Shown: piece by piece, positions 29,162 to 32,055 of the stretch | Layout: every line of letters begins with the position of its first letter | Numbering within the stretch: the stretch's first letter is position 1 | Assembly: GCA_022402405.1 (NCBI GenBank) | Contig: JAKRSG010000063.1 | Coordinates: 1-32,055 of the forward strand | Reading direction: 5' to 3' | Source: Bacteroidia bacterium | GTDB taxonomy: Bacteria; Bacteroidota; Bacteroidia; UKL13-3 | Length of the DNA stretch: 32,055 bases | Translations under genes and position numbers: made by a program | Notes under the pieces: generated by a model | What the model was told of the DNA's origin: nothing | Databases searched by the model: none | The model's input: the letters and a program-made list of their open reading frames with translations, nothing else

Positions 29162-32055
29162 ATGAATATTACAGAAATTTCAATTAAACGTCCTTCGCTC
29201 ATTATAGTACTATTTAGCGTTTTTACCTTATTAGGCTTTATAGGTTATAAAAACTTGAGCTACGAATTAATGCCCGACTTTAACCAACCCGTAGTTGTAA
29301 TAAAAACAGTTTACCCCGGGGCTGAACCTAATGAAGTTGAGACGTCTGTTTCGAGGAAAGTAGAGGATGCCTTATCCAATTTGGAGGGAGTAGATTATTT
29401 AGTTACAAAGTCATTGCCCAATGCCTCTATCATTATTGCTAATCTTAAATATGGAACAGATTTAGATAAAGCCATGCAGGATGCTCAAAGGTATATCGAT
29501 AATATTAGAAAGGATTTACCCGATGAAATATTGAGTCCTGTAATGAGTAAAGTATCGCCTAATGATCTTCCAATTATGTCGATTAGTGCAACAAGTAATT
29601 TATCTGCTACCGAGTTTTATCAAAAAATGAAAGATGATTATTTGCCGCAAATTCAGCAAATAAAAGGTGTTGCAGAGATTACTGTTCTGGGAGGGGAAGA
29701 AAGAGAAATTCAAGTAAAAATAAATCAGGATAAACTTAAGTTGTACAGGATTTCTATGCTTCAAGTTGTAGAAGCTATTAATCGCTCTGGATTAGATTTG
29801 CCTGCTGGAAAAGTTCAAACAACCAAAGAAAGTAATTCTGTTCGTTTAACAGGTAAATTTACATCGCTTGAGGATATAAATTATGTTCAGGTGGCAATGC
29901 CTGTTTTGGGTAGTCCGGTTTATGTTAAAGATGTAGCAGATGTTATTGATGGAATAAAGGAAACAAGTTCAATTAGCAGATATAATGGTAAAAATGGTAT
30001 TGGATTATTGTTGAAAAAACAAGGCGATGCCAATGCGGTGGAAGTATCGAAGTTAGTAAGGGATAAATTTAGGTTGATTGAGCAACAAAATGCCAACGCA
30101 GATGTAAAATTTATTATAGCTGATGATAGCACAGACAATACTATTGCTGCTGTTAATTCGGTTGTTTTTGATTTAATTTTAGCAGTAATATTAGTTTCTT
30201 TAGTGATGCTTTTATTTTTAAGAAGTTTTAGGAATTCTTTAATTGTAATTGTTGCCATACCAACTTCATTAATTACGGCTTTTGCTGTAATGTGGCTTTT
30301 AGGTTATACGCTTAACTTAATGACCTTGCTTGCCATGTCTTTAATTATTGGCGTATTGGTGGATGATGCTGTTGTTGTATTGGAAAATATTCAAAAACAT
30401 TTAGATAGGGGCAAGGATAAACGAACAGCTGCCATGGATGGTAGGATGGAAATAGGCTTTGCAGCACTGTCTATTACCTTAGTTGACGTAGTGGTGTTTT
30501 TACCTATCCTTTTTCTCCAGGTTTTTGTGGCCGACATGCTCAAACAATTTTCGGTTGTTGTGGTAACTTCAACACTCACAAGTTTATTGGTTGGATTTAC
30601 GCTTACTCCTTGGTTAGCCTCTCGTATTGGTAAGAAAGAGGATTTACAACCAAATAATTTTTTCAATCGTTTTTTACTGTGGTTTGAGGTTCAATTAGAA
30701 CATTTTAATGAGTGGTACGGGCGCAGATTAGAATGGGTACTTTCTCATAAATTAATTTTTACTGGCATTGTTTTACTTCTTTTTGTTATGACACTAGGTA
30801 TTATGAAACAAGGTATCATAGGCAAAGAACTTATTTCTACAGGTGATCAAGGTAAGTTTAGAATGACTCTTGAGTTTGATAAATCAACATCTATTCAGCA
30901 GAATAATTTAATAGCTCAAAAAATTGAAACTTATATTATTCAACAACCTGAAGTGGCAACCGTTTTTAGTAATATAGGCGGACCAAGCACAGGTATTGGA
31001 AGCTTAGGTGTTGGTTCAGCCAATAAAACAGAGTTTACCATTCAATTGCGCATTACGAAAAATGATTTAAAAGAGAAAAATTTAAAAAAAATTCCTACAG
31101 AGGAATTTATGAAACGTTTGCGTTCTGATTTACAATCGAAATTCCCAAGTATAAATTATTCTATGGCTGCTTCAGGATTGATTCCTCGATCTGCACCAAT
31201 TGAAATTACCTTAAGTGGAAGTAATTTGGATTTAGTTATGAAAACTGGCGATGAGTTAAAAAATGTTGTCGAAAAAATTCCAGGAGCAGATAATGTTCGT
31301 TTATCAGTTGAAGCTGGTAGTCCTGAGTATAAAATCATTCTCAATAAAGATAAAATGCAACGTTTGGGTTTATCAACAGCCTATGTTGGCCTGAACCTAA
31401 GAACTGCTTTTACGGGAAATGATGATGCTACATTAACAGAAAATGGAACGGAATACCCCGTTAGAATTTGGTTAAATGAATTAAGTAGACAAAATTTTGA
31501 AGATGTGCAACGGCTTTCCATTATAAATCCTGCGGGTTTACCCATGGAGGTTTCTCAGTTTGCAACCGTTGAGCAAGATAATTCTCCGTCTTTGTTGGAG
31601 AGGAAAGATCGTCAAGCTGCAGTTACGCTCACTTCTGATGCTCTGGGAAGACCTTCTGGTACTGTGGCAGATGATGTAGTGGCTTATCTAAAAGAAAATC
31701 CATTGCCAGATGGAATTCAAATGACGTGGGGTAGTGATATCAAAAGGCAAAATGACAGTTTTGGGGCTCTTGGATCTGTTTTGCTAATTTCATTTTTGTT
31801 GATTTACCTCATTATGGTGGCTCTCTATGATAGTTTTATTTATCCTTTTGTTGCATTGTTTTCAATTCCAGTTGCGGCTATTGGTGCATTTTTCGCATTA
31901 AATTTGTCGTTAAATAACCTAAGTTTATTTGCTTTACTGGGTTTAATAATGCTTATGGGATTGGTAGTAAAAAATGCTATCTTAATAGTAGATTTTACTA
32001 ATCAATTAAAAGCAGAGGGTAAACATTTTAAGGAGGACTTGATAATAGCTGGAAA
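29162..32055 (+). CDS. RND efflux permease (AcrB/HAE1-like), N-terminal about 964 codons; the 3' end lies beyond the window
   Basis: This ORF is absent from the ORF track because it runs off the window. My translation from ATG 29162 reads MNITEISIKRPSLIIVLFSVFTLLGFIGYKNLSYELMPDFNQPVVVIKTVYPGAEPNEVETSVSRKVEDAL... and continues through LAMSLIIGVLVDDAVVVLENIQKH. All three antisense track ORFs in this span are artefacts. Confidence 0.95.
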   Translation, partial: MNITEISIKRPSLIIVLFSVFTLLGFIGYKNLSYELMPDFNQPVVVIKTVYPGAEPNEVETSVSRKVEDALSNLEGVDYLVTKSLPNASIIIANLKYGTDLDKAMQDAQRYIDNIRKDLPDEILSPVMSKVSPNDLPIMSISATSNLSATEFYQKMKDDYLPQIQQIKGVAEITVLGGEEREIQVKINQDKLKLYRISMLQVVEAINRSGLDLPAGKVQTTKESNSVRLTGKFTSLEDINYVQVAMPVLGSPVYVKDVADVIDGIKETSSISRYNGKNGIGLLLKKQGDANAVEVSKLVRDKFRLIEQQNANADVKFIIADDSTDNTIAAVNSVVFDLILAVILVSLVMLLFLRSFRNSLIVIVAIPTSLITAFAVMWLLGYTLNLMTLLAMSLIIGVLVDDAVVVLENIQKHLDRGKDKRTAAMDGRMEIGFAALSITLVDVVVFLPILFLQVFVADMLKQFSVVVVTSTLTSLLVGFTLTPWLASRIGKKEDLQPNNFFNRFLLWFEVQLEHFNEWYGRRLEWVLSHKLIFTGIVLLLFVMTLGIMKQGIIGKELISTGDQGKFRMTLEFDKSTSIQQNNLIAQKIETYIIQQPEVATVFSNIGGPSTGIGSLGVGSANKTEFTIQLRITKNDLKEKNLKKIPTEEFMKRLRSDLQSKFPSINYSMAASGLIPRSAPIEITLSGSNLDLVMKTGDELKNVVEKIPGADNVRLSVEAGSPEYKIILNKDKMQRLGLSTAYVGLNLRTAFTGNDDATLTENGTEYPVRIWLNELSRQNFEDVQRLSIINPAGLPMEVSQFATVEQDNSPSLLERKDRQAAVTLTSDALGRPSGTVADDVVAYLKENPLPDGIQMTWGSDIKRQNDSFGALGSVLLISFLLIYLIMVALYDSFIYPFVALFSIPVAAIGAFFALNLSLNNLSLFALLGLIMLMGLVVKNAILIVDFTNQLKAEGKHFKEDLIIAG

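Noticed and set aside
29920-31344. Minus-strand ORFs 29920..30258, 30391..30666 and 31156..31344
   Set aside because: They are antisense to the continuous RND permease reading frame, which translates into unmistakable AcrB-like sequence.
1-32055. Mobile elements, integrases, tRNA/rRNA genes and prophage or defence-system genes
   Set aside because: No transposase- or integrase-like ORF, no long terminal inverted repeats and no tRNA-like cloverleaf candidates were seen. All large ORFs are accounted for by metabolic, regulatory or transport families.

Overview
This is an AT-rich, gene-dense chromosomal segment with Bacteroidota hallmarks: lipoprotein-type signal peptides on periplasmic proteins, TAnnTTTG-type -7 boxes and no obvious Shine-Dalgarno sequences. 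All family calls come from reading motifs in the supplied translations and my own translations; no database or HMM search was run. Content from left to right: (1) A long minus-strand clade-II (Sec/lipoprotein-type) N2O reductase operon: cytochrome c, nosZ, [4-TM domain fused to nosL], nosD, nosF, nosY. It runs on without a visible terminator into a Cys-rich small membrane protein, a Met/His-rich lipoprotein and a TonB-dependent receptor (cut by the window edge) that carries an OprC/NosA-like C-x3-M motif. Together these look like a copper-supply module. (2) icd, a DUF1801-like gene and a tryptophan 2,3-dioxygenase-like gene. (3) An Rrf2 (NsrR/IscR-like) regulator divergent from a fasciclin lipoprotein. 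(4) An MbnP/MbnH-like pair. (5) nadA-nadB. (6) A tightly packed minus-strand run: ytfE/RIC, crp/fnr, GT2, rmlC, SDR epimerase, rmlD-like, cytochrome c, heme-copper-oxidase homolog. (7) A tetR, cupin, tolC, MFP, RND efflux operon, with the RND gene cut by the window end. The most interesting signals are: (a) A recurring composite cis-element, GGATGTTAAT(A/G)TCC next to TGAY-N4-RTCA palindromes and including an identical 14-mer, which links the nos promoter, the rrf2/fasciclin promoter and the ytfE upstream region. (b) A perfect FNR box in front of an operon that joins a deoxy-sugar/glycosyltransferase cassette to a NorCB-like pair whose catalytic subunit lacks two of the canonical histidine ligands. 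(c) An A8 homopolymer exactly where a membrane-protein gene and nosL are fused. (d) Two separate candidate copper-acquisition modules. No rRNA, tRNA, CRISPR array or transposase was found.
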